From Parvularia atlantis (taxonomy: Eukaryota), in NCBI GenBank assembly GCA_943704415.1, contig CALSCO010000975.1:1-64000 (forward strand): a DNA stretch of 64,000 nt, written 5' to 3'. A program made the position numbers and the translations under genes. Shown piece after piece: positions 37,101 through 50,700 of this stretch. Numbering within the stretch: position 1 is the first letter of the stretch; every line of letters begins with the position of its first letter. Below the pieces are notes generated by a model. The model was not told the origin of the DNA. It did not search any database and saw nothing but the letters and a program-made list of their open reading frames with translations.

Positions 37101-37399
37101 GCAGGCGACGTGCGGCTGACGTCCCGCGCGCCGCAGACGCACGTGTGCCGCCTGTGCGGCTCGCTCGTTGCGCCGATCTCGATCCCGGCCACGTCCGTCT
37201 CGACGCGGCGACAGGTGACCTGCCGCAACTGCGAGACCAGGTGCGTGCACGCCCGGCCACCGCCCCCCACCGCCGCCACTGATCGCGCGTCGCGTGTCGC
37301 AGCCGCGGCATCGAGGTCATCCCGATCCCGTACGTCTTCCGCTACCTCGTGACGGAGCTGCTCGCGATGAACATCCGCCTGGTGCTGCGCGTCGAGTGA
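31177..37399 (+). CDS. RPA2: DNA-directed RNA polymerase I second-largest subunit, intein-containing (start at 31177 or 31262)
   Basis: [134 protein letters not shown]. Confidence 0.97.
34176..34229 (+). other. 54-nt phase-0 spliceosomal intron exactly at the N-extein/intein boundary
   Basis: TAC CAG|gtgcgg...ctgac...gccgcgcag|TGC GTC AGC; the intron contains an in-frame TGA (34212-34214), so it must be spliced out. Confidence 0.92.
34230..35522 (+). mobile_element. Intein (431 aa) with a degenerate LAGLIDADG homing endonuclease domain, in RPA2
   Basis: In-frame insertion within the conserved MYQ/CQMGKQ; block [15 protein letters not shown], block [11 protein letters not shown], block [16 protein letters not shown], block G PFFTGN followed by +1 Cys; central LVGLFLGAG and [10 protein letters not shown]. 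Confidence 0.95.
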
Positions 37400-37453
37400 C
37401 GTGCATGCCGCAGTGTGCTTGAACAGGACAAACACGCACATCACCGCACCCGT

Positions 37454-40400
37454 TCACAGCCGCGCGACCAGGAACGGCTTGAGGTACCTGCGCGCGGGCC
37501 AGCGCGTGTCAGGCGTGAACACGATGCGCACGGCTGCGCGCACTTCTCGTAGCCCGGCGGCGTGTCGCTCTTGTTGATAGGGTTCTTCTGCGCCCACCTG
37601 CGACGCGGTCAGTACGCGCGCATGCGCGTTCGCGGCCAAGGCGCGCACTTGTACATCGCGTTGTACACGTCGCCGTCGTGCCGGCCGAGCGCGCTGTTGA
37701 GCTCAAAGTCGCTGAACGACCACGCGTCGACCAGACCGACGGCGTTGGGGCGGATGGCCGGCAGGAGCGCAACGGCCTGCTCGCGGACGAGGCGCGCCTG
37801 TTGGCGGCTCATGTAGCTGCGGCGCACGCGGTCAGTGCGCGCACGGCAGGGCCGTGTCGGCGCGGGGCGCACCCGTCCTCCGTAAAGTCGCCGAGCTGCT
37901 CTGTCATCGTGCTGAGCGCAAAGAGATCGCGCAGGACGCGCAGCGCGTTCTTCTCCGGGCCGTTCTGCGCAAGCGGCATGCTCGTCAGCGTGCGCGCAGG
38001 TCACGCCAGTCGGTCGCACCGGCAGGCGGTCGACCGCGTCGATAAAGTTGGAGATGAGCAGCACATAGCAGTGCGCCTTGGACGCACGCACGAGGTCGAC
38101 GAGGCAGTTGTTCCAGGCGACGTCGCCTGCGGGGCCTGCGTGTCAGGCTGCCACCGCAAGAGCGAGCGCGGCCCGCTCACACCGTCCACACCCGCCTTGA
38201 TCATCGCGCTGTGGCTATCGTGCACGCGCAGGAGCACGCGCGCGGCGCGGTGCTGGAAGGCGGCCAGCTGCACCGCCGGGCTGGACAGGTCGGCCACGCT
38301 GTGGCCGCCAAAGACTGCGCGCGCGCACGCTTGTCGTCAATGCCGCACGGCGATGCGCTGCAGGCCCCGCGCACCCTCGCTGTCGACGCGCGTGGCCGCG
38401 CCCTCGAGGTAGCGCGCGTTGCCCACGAGCTGCTGGCCCGCCGCCGCGTTCTCGACCGCCTTGAGCAGGTAGCGGGCCGTCTGCAGCGCGCTGGTGAGCC
38501 GACCGCGCCGGCCCGCACACTGTGCGCCCACGCACCTGCAGCGCCATGACCGTGTTCTCGCCCTCGTACGTGCACGCGGCGACGTAGTCCTGGTACAGCA
38601 GCGGCAGGCCCGAAAAGTGGCTGAAGCTGCGGAGCACGTGTCAGCAGCCACAAAGAGGGCGACGCGGTTGCACGCACCCGTGGCCGCCGCAGCACTTACG
38701 GCACACCTCGATGCCGTTGGCCGCGATGTCCGTGACGAGCGCCTTGAGGCCCGCGCTGTCGGAGGCGTGAGCGGCTTGACATGTCGCGTGCGCGCCTGCT
38801 CGCGCACCTGGTCGCGTGGACCTCGGGCAGCGATGCCGTGGCGGCGCCCTTGTCACCCTGGCCCTGCGTGCGCTGAAAGTCGGCAAAGAGCTGTGCGCGC
38901 TTGCCGTCGTCAGCCAGCCGGCAGATAGCGCACGCGCGGGCGCGCCTTCATCATGTACTGGCCGGTGAACTGCAGGGCGTAGGCGTTGCTGAGCAGCTGC
39001 ACGGTGTGTGAGTGAGCGCAGCAACATCGTACGATGCGTGTGTGCACACCGTGAACAGCTGGTATTGCTGTGTCGTGTAGTCGAGGATCTGCGTCTCGAG
39101 CTGGCCCTGGCCGCGTCCGGTCTGGCGGCGCACTGACGCACGCGCGTGTCACGCACGGCTGCGCGCCGTCCCGCGCGCGCACCGGCAGAGTAGCGCACGG
39201 CCACGGTGAGCGCCTTGGCGAGGTTGCTGGCGGCCGAGGCGACGATGGTCGCACTGCGCGCAGGTGTGAGGGACGCACGCGGGCACAGGCACAGGGGCGC
39301 GCTCGCACCGCACAAAGATCATCGTGCCGTACGACGCCTTGTCGCTCGAGCCCTCGCGGCGGACGTAGCGGCCGTCGGGCGTGACCTGGGCGTGGCGCGC
39401 GAGCATGTGCGAGAGCGGGATACGGACGTAGTCTGCTCCGGTGCGCGCGCGGTGTTGTGGGCGCGCGCGTGCACAGCGGCGGCAGCACACCCTTACCAAA
39501 GCGCAGGTAGCCGTTGTTGACGCCGTTGAAACCCATCTTGGGGCCGATGTCGCCGACCTCAATGCCCGGCAGCACCTTGTGTGTCTGCTGTGCCCGTGAG
39601 CAGGGACCCGCGGGCGCACGCAGCGTCGGCGCACCGCGAGGTCACGCAGCTGCGTCATGAACGCGTGCGGGCCAAAGTCCTTGCCGTCGATGAACAGGCG
39701 CGCCATCAGCACGACAAAGTTGGTCGTCTTGCCCATGCCGCTGCGCGCCGCGCCGTCAGACGGGCCACAGTGGCGCGCCGCACAATTGCGCGCACCCGGG
39801 CCACCACTTGGCCGCCGTGACCGTGGGCGAGTGGATCACAAACTCCTGCGACGTGCGGTCGTACCTGTGCGCGCCGCGTTTAGTCGGCGCTGAGCGGCAG
39901 CAACGCACGCTCGCGCACGTTGCCGTCGTCTCGAGGCCGCGCAGGAACGTGCCGTGACCAAGCTCGGTCTGGGCGTACGTGCCGAGTACGGGGCCGTTCG
40001 GGAAGATCTGCGCGCGCGCGGTTCAACGAGGCGCCGCAGCAGACAGCGCAAAGGCGCGCACCTTGGGCAGCCAGTGCGCGCGCTGCTCGTCCGTGCCCTG
40101 GCCGAGGATAGTCGGGAGAAACATGCCGTAGTTGAGGTCGATCGGGCCCGGCGAGCCCGTGAGGCTGCGGAACATGGCCGCCTCGAGCGGCTTGGTCAGG
40201 CCGTGCTGCTCGAGCCGCTCGTGCGCGCGGATGTTGATGCGCATCATGTTCTCAAGCAGCTGCTCCTGCGACCAGAAGTAGCGGTCGTCCTTGGCAAACT
40301 CTGGGTCGTTCGCGGCCAGCTGCACGATCTCGAGCCGGCGCTTGAGCGCGGCCTCGCCGCCGTGCACGACCGCGGCGATCTTACGCACGTCAAAGTTGCA

Positions 40401-40584
40401 CTTTTTTTTTTTTGCGTGCTTTGAGCGTGCGGCGGCAGCACGTGCGCGCACGCACCTTGCCGCGCTCGTTCGCCAGGTCGCGCTTCGGATCCGCCACCGC
40501 CGGCAGGATGACCGCGTCCGTCGCGCGCTGCAGCGCCTCCGCACGCGTCCGCGCGCTTTGGTGGTCGCCGTTCGGCAATGGCAT
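37454..40584 (-). CDS. ACOX1: Peroxisomal acyl-CoA oxidase
   Basis: [96 protein letters not shown]-terminal ARL* (PTS1). Confidence 0.95.
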
Positions 40585-40821
40585 GGTCACGTGCCGCACG
40601 CTATGGTGTCAGAATTCTAGAGCGCTCTGGGCGGCTCTCGATTTCCATCTCATCCCCCTCGCGTCTTCCCTCGCATCGGCTCCTTTCGCCTGCGCGCGCG
40701 CGCGCGCCCCCTGTTGCGCGTCCGCCGCCTGCGGCCCTCCCGCGCCTGCCGGCCGCGATCGATCGCTCGCCCGCCAGCTGACTCAGCGCGTGCGCTCAGT
40801 CGGTTCTCGCACATTCCCGCG

Positions 40822-42998
40822 ATGGGTGCCTCGTTTGCGAAGGAGCTGAAGGCCTCGTCAAACAAGACCGAGGTCGATCTGAGCCGCCGCGAGCTGGCGG
40901 AGCTGCCGCCCGAGATCGGCGCGCTGCGCTCGTGCGTCAAGCTCAACCTGAGCGAGAACGAGATTACGTCGATCCCGCTCGAGATCGGTGCGCGCGCCGC
41001 AAGGGGCATCATGCGCGCAACCTTGCCGACACGAGCGTGGACACAGCCCAGCTGCGCAACCTGCAGATCCTCAACATGGCCAAAAACAGCCTCTCGGGCT
41101 TCCCCGTGGATGTGTGCAAGCTGCCGGCGCTGACGCACCTCTACGCCAGTGCGCGCGCAACACGCACCCGCCGGCGCCCGGCGCTCACGTCAACACGCGC
41201 GTGCTTACAGGCAACAACCGCTTCTTCTTCGCAGGCATCACGCCCGAGATCGGCCGTCTCACGTCGCTCATCCGCCTCGACCTGAGCGGCAACCAGCTCG
41301 AGTGCGTGCTCGTGGGCCGCGCGTGCGCGTAGGGGACTGAGGAACCGGCGCGCGACTCAGGGACCTGCCGAAGGAGTTTGGCCAGCTGCAGAACCTCAAG
41401 CACCTCGACCTGCGCAGCAACGAGTTCCGCGTGCGTCCAGCACCCCTCACGCACGCGCGGCCAGGCGCACTTCAACGTCGTCGCCCGGCAGGTCGTCCCC
41501 GACGCCGTGTTCCAGCTCAAGGGCCTCGAGATCCTCAACCTTGACCAGAACAAGATCAAGTTCCTGGACGAGGCGATCGGCCACATGACGGCGCTGCGCG
41601 TGCGTGGCCGTGCGCGCGTGCGCAGCCGCTGACCGGCGCACGCGCGCATGCAGGAGCTCAACCTGTCGACCAACCAGCTCACGTTCATCCCCGCCGAGGT
41701 CGGCAAGCTGTCGCGCATGAACAAGCTCCTGCTGGCCAATAACAAGCTGCAAAAGCTGCCGGACGACCGTGCGTGCACAGCGCGCCGCACGGCCTGCATG
41801 ACCGGGCGCCCCGCGCACAGTCGACAGCATGAAGCAGCTCGAGGAGCTGGACCTGTCGGACAACAAGAACTTCAACGAGATCCCTTCGTCCTTTGCCGAG
41901 CTCAAGATCCTCAAGCGCGTCAACCTCTCCAACACGGCGCTGCAGGTGCCGCGTGGGCCCAGGGAACCGCACACACGCTCACGCGCACACCATGTGCGCG
42001 CGCAGGGGCTGCCGTACGAACTGCAGTACTGGACCGTGCTCACGGACCTGACGAGCCGCGACAACACGCAGATCGAGTCCATCCCTCGTGCGTGCCGGCG
42101 GGCGGCCGGGCTCGGCGGCTGACGCGTGGGCTGTGCGCAGCGGCGATCGGCAAGCTCAAGCAGCTCGTCCGCCTCGACTTCAACACGTGTTCGGTCAAGG
42201 CGCTGCCGGACGAGATCGGCAACCTGCGCAGGTGGGCCACCAACGCGCGTGTCGTGCCTGTGCTCACGCCGCGAGCGACAGCATGCAGGTGTTTGACATG
42301 CGCAAGAACAAGCTCGTCTCGCTCTCCTTCCCCGAGTCGGTCCGCTCGTGGGCCGCCGTGACCAAGATCTACCTGAGGTGCGCCGCCGCAGCGACAGCCG
42401 GCGACCGCGCACGCGTCTCACCGTGCCGCGTGCAGCCACAACGAACTCGAGACGATCCCGGACCCGCTGCTCAACCTGCGCACGATCGTCGAGCTCGACC
42501 TGTCGTACAACCAGATGTACGTGCTCAACGACGACATTGGCAACCTGGTCAACCTCGAGAAGCTCTACCTCAACTACAACAAGCTCGAGACCGTGCCCAA
42601 GTCGCTCGGGTGCGCACCCTGCACGCCGCATGGGTTGCCGTCTGACGCGATCGCGCAGCACGCTCAAGCGGCTCAAGACGCTCGAGCTGCGCCAGAACGC
42701 TATCGCCACCCTCCCGCACGAGCTGGGTGAGCTTGTGTCGCTCGAGAAGCTCGACATCTCGCACAACAAGCTGACGGAGCTGCCCGTCGAGATTGGCCTG
42801 CTGGTCAAGCTGACGGTGCGCCCTGCGCGTGCGCCCCGCTCCGCCGCTCCGCCGCCTCACCATGCGCGCGCGCAGAACTTTGACGTGAAGGAAAACGTGC
42901 TGGCGGTGCCGCCGCAGCCCGTGATCAACAAGGGCACGGCCGCCATGCTCGAGTACCTGCGCGAGCGCATGCAGAAGGACGCGGGGAAGAAGAAGTAG
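40822..42998 (+). CDS. Leucine-rich repeat protein (SHOC2/RSU1-like LxxLPxEIG repeats)
   Basis: Many LxxLxLSxNxLxxLPxEIG repeats over many exons; begins MGASF; ends VPPQPVINKGTAAMLEYLRERM. Confidence 0.9.
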
Positions 42999-43071
42999 CC
43001 GTGCACACCTTGTCGCCGCAAAGTTTCCAATCGTCACAAAGCAGCGAGGAGCTGCGCGCCCAGCGGCCGCC

Positions 43072-44710
43072 TCAGGAACCCGGCAAAGTCGCTGTCGCGC
43101 GTGAGCTCGTCGACGGCGCGGCGCACGGCGTCGGCGTCGCGCGCGGCGGCCCGGGGCGGTGCGACGACGTCGAGCCACGCGATGAGCTGCTCGCGGCACG
43201 CCGCGTCCTGCGCGGAACGTCAGCGCTGGCACGCACACGCACGCAACGGCACGGTGCGGCACCTGGCTCAGCAGCGCCAGCACGCTCGCCGCATTGTAGA
43301 ACGTGTCGGCGTCGCGGAAGGGCTTGAACGGGATCGACATCGACCGCTTGTACCACCCGAGCGCGGTCTCGAGCGCGCGCGGCTGCCCGCTCTCGGGCAC
43401 GGCATCGGACGGCGCGCACCGGTACAGCGCGGCCCAGACGTCGCCGATCTTGGACATGATGTCCGGGTTGGTGTTCTCGAGCTCGAGCGCGGTCGAGAGG
43501 TCGCGGTACGCGCGCGAGAGCAGCTCGACAGGCGCCGAGAGGGACACCTCCGGGCCCGGCACGTCCAGCAGCATCAGCGCGTGGTCGTACAGCACGTCCG
43601 CGCGCAGGCACAGGCCCTCGACCGGGTTGACGCCCTCGTTCGTCAGCGCGTCGCCCACGAGGGCCACAGCGCGATCGGGCAGCATGCTCGGCACGGCGAC
43701 GACTGCGAGCACGGTCAGACAGCGCGCGGCGGCAGCGGGCTGCGCACACGCACGTGTACGTTCGTCCTGCGGCACGCTGGCCCATCGGTGCTCGGCCTCG
43801 CTCTGCAGCGCCGCGGCCCACGCCAGCTGAATGGCCGGGTGCAACCGGTGCGCATCCAGCTGCATCGCGTGGTCGAACACGCCCGCCGCTCGTCCAAACA
43901 GCGCCACGTCCGGCACAAACACGGCCGTGCGCACGAGCACGTCGCCGAGCGCGATCGCTGCCTCGACCTGGTCGCCGAGCCGCGCGGCCGCGGCGTCCTC
44001 GCCGTCGCCGTCGCCGTCGCTGTCGCTGTCGATGGCAAACGGGAGGGTGGCGAGCGTGCGCAGCGTGCGCTCGAGCGTGTCGATGGCTGCGTGTGCGCGC
44101 GTTGGCCACTGGCGGAGACGACATGCACGCGCGCGTACGCGCACCGTAGCGGTAGCCGGCGAGCGCGGCTTCGCGCTGCTGCAGGTCGCGGTGGACGTCA
44201 CCGGCCTTTCCGCCGATCAGCCCAAGGTTGTACAGCGCATCGGTGTTGTCCGGGTCGGCGCCGACGACCTGCTCGTACCGCGCGCGCGCCTCGTTCAAGT
44301 GCTGCAGGCACGTGCGCGCGTCGTCGACCTGCTCGGCCATGTGCCACTGGCATCGCCCGCTGCGCCCGCTGCCCCAGTCAACCAACGCGCATCAATCGCG
44401 TCGGATGGGCGCACCTCCCCTCGAGCGCCTCGTGCTGCAACGCGCGCAGCTCCGCGCCCTCGCCCACGAGCGCGAGCACGGCCGTGTACTTGTCGTACGC
44501 GCTGCGCAGGCTCTGCAGGCCCTCGGCCCCGCCGTAGCGCTCGGCTGCGCGCCGCGATCGTTCGCTCAGGCACGCGATCCGCAAACACTGATCCGCACGC
44601 CCCGCACCGCGCGCCTCGCTCGCCCCGGCCTCGTCCACCAGCCGCCGCGCCACCTCGAGTGCCGAGCGCGGCGCGCCGGCACGTGACGCGGCGCCGCCAC
44701 GCTTCGGCAT
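43072..44710 (-). CDS. TPR-repeat helical protein of unknown function
   Basis: ARARYEQVVGADPDNTDALYNLG, AYRDLSTALELENTNPDIMSKIGDVW, DTFYNAASVLALL. Confidence 0.7.
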
Positions 44711-44736
44711 TTGGCTAGGCCCACGCGACAGGCAAG

Positions 44737-47700
44737 ATGGCCACGTCGAAGGGCACGTGACCGTTGGGTCGAGCTACGCGCTAACGGCACACGCGCCACG
44801 CGCGCGCCCCGCCAGGCCCGCCCGACGCGCCGGCGTCGCCGCGGGCGCCCACGTTCGTCGCGCGGTTTCAGACGACCAAGCACTCGTGGAAGGGCAAGTA
44901 CAAGCGCATCCTGTCGATCGGCGACGACCGGTGCGGGTGTGTTTCGCAGGCGCTAGGGCGCTGACGGCGGCCGGGCGCGCGGCGGCGCAGCGTTGTGACG
45001 GTCAACCCGGGCACGTGGGAGATCACCAACACGTGGGCGTACAGCGAGGAGTTTGTCGACATTGCGCCCTCGCCCAAGGGCCCGCTCGAGTTCACAATCA
45101 CCCTGCGCAAGAAGAACAGCACCAAGACTGAGACGCTCACGTTCTCGGCCGTGCACCGCGCCGAGCTGCTCACGTTCGTGCAGGTGCGCGCCCGCGCGTG
45201 CGTCCCGCATCCGTGGCCCCGCGCTCACACGGCCTTCCGCCGCGCGTGCGCAGAAGTACCGCCCGTTCTTCGTCACCGACGCCAAGGCGCTCGGCGCGTC
45301 GGACGCGTACCCGGCGCGCAAGCTCGGCTGGAACGGCACGACCAAGCCGACGGCGCTCGTGCCCTCGTTCGCCTCGATCGACCAGGTCGGCCGCGAGGGG
45401 CAGGTGATCGCTTCGTACGGGTACAAGGACATCGAGCGCATCGACACGCTCGAGTCGCCCGGCGGCTTTATCGTGTACTGTGCGTGCACGCCCCGCTCTG
45501 CCGCGCATCTCGCACACGCCGACGCCCGCCTGCACGCGCACGCAGACGGCGGCTTTGGGCGCATGCACCTGTTCTCGATGGAGAACCGCGACATCTTCCT
45601 GCACAAGGCCAAGCAGAACGCGCTCACGCACATCGGCGTCACCCTCGCCACTAGCCACAGCAGCATGGGCCGCGACGCGTTCGAGCTGGGCCGCCTGGGC
45701 AAGTACAGCAACGACGAGGACATTACGTCGCTGGCCGAGTTCAAGTGCGGCCAGCTGGCCGTGTCGTGCGATCGTGCTGACGTTGCGCGCAGGGTGCTCA
45801 AGGCCACCTTGCGCAGCCCCACACCGGTCATGCGCACGCTCTGCCTGACCGAGACGTGCATCGCCGAGCGCGACCCGGCGTCGTACGGTGCGGCGCCGTC
45901 GGCGCGCGCTCCAGCCCGGGCAGCGTCTGATCGCGCGCGCAGCCATCGTCACCATCCGCTCGCTCAGCGACGTGTTTGCGCTCGTGCGCTACGCAGACGA
46001 CGCGCAAAAGTTCGGCATCGAGTACAAGGTGCGCGCAGCGGCGAGCGCGGTGCGCAGGGCCTGACTTGCGGCGCACAGTCGGGCGTCATCAGGCGATACA
46101 CGACGACTGAGCGCGACCCGCTACTGGCCTCGCTGATGGACGGTGTGCGCGCGTCGGGCAATCGGTGTGCAGGCGCGTTCATGCGCCGTGCACACGCTGC
46201 TGACGGCGCGGGGTGTGCGCGCGCAGCGACGTCTGCATCAAGCGCACCGAGACGGGCATCTTTGACCGCGTACGTGCGCACAGCTGTTGCGCTGCTGGGC
46301 GCCGCGTGACGCGCGCACCTGCTCGCGCACGCACGCAGGTCGGCCCGTGGAACGTACCCGTGGAGGAGGAGATCCAGCTGATGTACCTCAAGTCGGTGGG
46401 CTCGCACGACCCGTCGATCGGCATCCCGTTCGACCTCATGGTCTCGCGGTGCGCACGCTGTCCGTGCGCGGCGCGCAGCTGCGGACTGACGCGCGCACGG
46501 GCGCCACAGCTTCAACGTCAACGTGGACTACAGCGGCCTCAACCTCAAGACCGTACTTGACTCGAAGGAGCTCGAGCTCGTGCACAGCGCAATCAACGGT
46601 GCGCCTCTGCTCTTTCATGGTGCGCCACGCACTCTCACACCCATGTGCGCGCAGCCGTGCTCTCGATCGGGCAGCCCACGTTTGAGTCCAGCCCCGCCGC
46701 GGCCGCTGAGCAATTTGAGTGCCTGCGGCGTCTGTTTGCGTCCAAGGCACGCAGCCGCTACCGACGTGCGCTTGGCTGCTGACGCGCCGCGAGCGCAGGT
46801 CGGCTTCGAGGCGTTCACGTCGCTTGAGGGGTGTCGCGCCAAGCTCGGCAAGCGCATCGTCCAGTCGCTGAAGATGAACGACGACGGTACGGGCTCAGGG
46901 CCGCGCCTGTGCACACTGACAGCGCTCGTGCACGCGCGCGCACAGGCGTGATCTACGCAGCTGTCGACACGCTGTGCACGCTCATGCAGCCCATGCACGA
47001 CTACTACGACCTCGCGCAGGAGCAGATGAACAAAAAGTCGCTGCTCGCGTCAAAGGCGTTCCTCAACGGGTGCACGGCGCTGCGGCTTTGAGTGTATCGC
47101 GGTGGCTGACAGCAGTGCGCGCGGCCAGGCTCATGCAGCTCCTGGGGCAGCACGCGCAGCAGGGCACGGGCGCGATCATCATCGCGGGGCTGCTCGACTT
47201 CCTCACGTTTGCACTGTGCGAGCCCTACAGCCAGACGACCGACGGCGAGCAGTTTGACATGCTGCTGGTGTGCTGCGCGCGCGTGGCCATGTCGTGCACA
47301 GGGGTGCTTAAAGGTGCCGACGCCGCGGCAGAACATGGTCGCCGACCTCAACCGCAAGTTCTTCAAGCTGTTCCAGCACCCGTCCATGGCGATCGTCAAG
47401 GGCGCGGGCCTGCTCATGCGCACGCTAATCGAGGAGGGCTCGGAGGAGGTGATGCAGCGGATGCAGGTTCGCGCGTGCTGCTCGCGACATGGCGCGGTGC
47501 ACGCACCGACGGCTCGCGGCCCACGCGCAGAGCATGGCGCTGAGCGAGGGCGCGATCCTCAAGCATCTGTCCACGGCCATCTTCACGCAGTCGACCGACA
47601 ATCGCATGCTGACGCATCGCGAGCTGTCGCGGCAGCTGGTGCGGCGTGTGTGCACGAGGTGCTGGCCGCGCCGGCTCAACGTCTCTGCGCAGATCGACCT

Positions 47701-50700
47701 CTGGACGTCCGACAACCCGAGCGCGGCCGTGCTGCTCAAGCAGATCTTTCCGATGGGCCTGCTCGTAATGCTCGACTCGAAGGACACGCCGCCCGACGAG
47801 GATACGGTCGAGATGGACATGCGCGACAAGAAGGCCGGGTCGCGGCCCAAGAAGCAGTCGCAACTCGAGGTCCGCGTCCCACCCGCGCGCCGGCAGTGCC
47901 GCCTGACCGCGGTCGCGCGCCGGCAGATCCTCGCTTCGCACTGGCGCAACCGCAGCATCCTCCGCTTCGACAACAAGCCCAAGGCGCAGCCGCGGCAGGT
48001 CGTCATCCGGCTCAAGAACAAGCGCGAGCGCACAAAGAGGTACGCGATCACCGGACACGCGTCCACATCGCTCACTGCACGCTGCGCGCAGCAACTGGCT
48101 CATGTTTTACTACCAGGCGCGCCGCGATCACGCGCGCCCGGACCTGATCTGGAACCACAAGACGCGCGAGGAGCTGCGCGACGCGCTCGACGGCGAGTTG
48201 CGCGCGTTCAACATCGACAAGGTGAGCTGCGTGTGCTGCGCGCGTGACAGCTCATGCGCGCGCGCGCGCGCGTCGCAGGACCTCGGCGGCACGATCGACG
48301 TCGCGTGGAACTTTGTCGAGTTCGAGGTCAAATACGAGTCGCTCGCGGAGGAGCTCAAGATCGGCGAGCACTATGTGCGCCTACTGCTCGAGCAGGGTGA
48401 GCGGCCACGCCCTGGGCGGTGGTGGATGCGTTGCTGACGGAGCGTGTGTGCGGCAGGCGTCACGGCGGCGTCGGTGCGGAACGCGCACGAGTTCTTCTAC
48501 GACCTGTACCACCGCTTCCTGCTGGCGACGACGACGTCGATGCGCACGATGTGCCTGCAGGTGCGCCGCGTCGCGTCTCAAGCGTGCACACAGAGACCTC
48601 ACGGCGCGGGCGCGGCAGGCAATGGCGATCGTCTACGGTGCGTACTACAAAACGATCGGGCAGTTCAACGACCTGCGCTACATCGTCAAGATGCTCAACT
48701 CGTCCGGGACGCGGCTCGAGCGCGACCGCCTGCTCGTCTTCCTGGACAAGGTGCGGCCCGTCGCTGCGTGATGCGCCTGTGCGCGCTCACGCCCCGTGCG
48801 CCCGCAGCTGCTGTACTTGCAGGAGAACGCGCGGGACTTTATCTTTGCCAACGGCGTGCGCGTCCTCGTGGACATGCTCACGCTGGCGCACCTGCACGTC
48901 GACCGCGCCGTGACGCCGCTGGCGGTGCGGGGCAGGCATGCCGGCAGGCTGCAGCTAAGCGGGCACGCGCGCGCGCGCGCGCACAGACCAACCTGATCGA
49001 AGCGGGCGACATGAAGCGCGAGAGCGAGAAAGAGGTGCGGCCGCGCGGTGGCAGGTGCGGCGCGGCTCACGTGGCGGCGCTGTAGTGGTACTTCAGCAAC
49101 GCGCAGGGTGAGAAGCAGGGCCCCTTTGGCTTTGACGAGATGGAGCAGTTCTACCAGGCAAAGAAGGTTCGCATGCGTGGCAAGTACGGCGCACGCGACT
49201 GACGGCTCGCGTCCTGCAGATCCAGGCCGACACTAAGTGCTGGGCGCAGGGCATGGACGGGTGGCGCAAGCTGTCGGACGTCGCGCAGCTCAAGTGGGGC
49301 GTGATTGCCAAGGAGCCCGGCGTGCTCAATGAGAGCGAGGTGCGCGAGTGTGTTTGTGGCGCGCGTGCGCGTGCCGCTGACGGGACGTGTAGATCGCCGT
49401 CATCTGCCTCAACATGCTCAACCGCCTGTGCGAGTACTACCCGAGCCGCTCGCCCGACGGCGCCATCATCCGTCCGCTGCCGAAAGTGAAGCGGTGCGCT
49501 TGGTGACGGTGCACGTGCGCTTGGTGTGACCACTGGCGCATTGCGGCAGTTTCCTGTCCGAGCCGACGTGTCTGCCGCACCTCGTCAACCTCTTCCTCAC
49601 GTTTGACCCGGCGCTCGTCGAGCGCGCGGCCGTGCTGCTGACCAATATCATGGAGGATAACCCGGTCATGCCCAAGGTGCGCCGTTGCCCGCTCGCCCGG
49701 GAGCGCGCGGCTGACCGCGCCCCGCAGCTGTTCCTCACGGGCGCGTTCTACTTCCTACTGATGTACCCCGGTGAGCGGGGCGCCCGCTGCGTGTGCGCTC
49801 GTCGCCTGCTGACGGCGCCCGGTGCCAGGCTCGAACGTGCTGCCGCTGGCCAAGCTGCTCGAGCGCACGCACAACAAGCAGGCATTCCGCTCGGAGGAGG
49901 ACGTCGCGCCGGCGCACAACCAGATCGCGCACCGCAGGCACGTCGCCCTCCCGGTGCGCGCAGACTGCGCTGACACCCGCCCGGCAGCATCATTGGCGCG
50001 ATGCTTCCGACGGCGATGGTGTGCTTCCTCGAGAACCACGGTGCCAACAAGTTTGCCGAGACGTTCCTCGGCAACTTTGACACGCCCGAGGCGATTTGGT
50101 CGCACGAGATGCGCCGGTACCTGATCGAGAAGATCTCGGTGCACATCCAGGAGTTCACGCCCCGGTGCGGCTCGTGACGGCGCGCCTCTTGCGGCCGTGC
50201 CTGACGCATAGGCGCGGGCGCAGGCTGCTGTCCAACACGCATGCCCTGTTCCAGTACATCCCGATGCCCAGGGTTATGTACCCGGAGCTGGAGGACGAGC
50301 TCTTCTGCAGCATCTACTACCTGCGCCACCTGTGCGACACGGCGCGGTTCCCGAACTGGCCCATCAAGACGCCGGTGCGGCCGCGCCTACGCGGTTGCAC
50401 ACGCGAGGCTGACGGGGCGTCGTGCGCGCGCAAGATTGAGCTGCTCAAGGACGTCCTGGACGAGTGGAAGCGCGAGGTCGACAAGAAGCCGTCCAGCATG
50501 ACCTACGACGACGCGCTCAAGCTGCTCAACCTGACCAAGGGTGCGTAGCCCGGTGAGCCGTGGGCCGCGTGTGATGCTCGCTGCGCCCGGCAGAGACCGC
50601 GGCGACCGAGCAGAACGTGCGGCGCAACTACTTCAAGCTGGCCAACAAGTACCACCCGGACAAAAACCCCGATGGCCGCGAGATGTTCGAGAGGTGCGCT

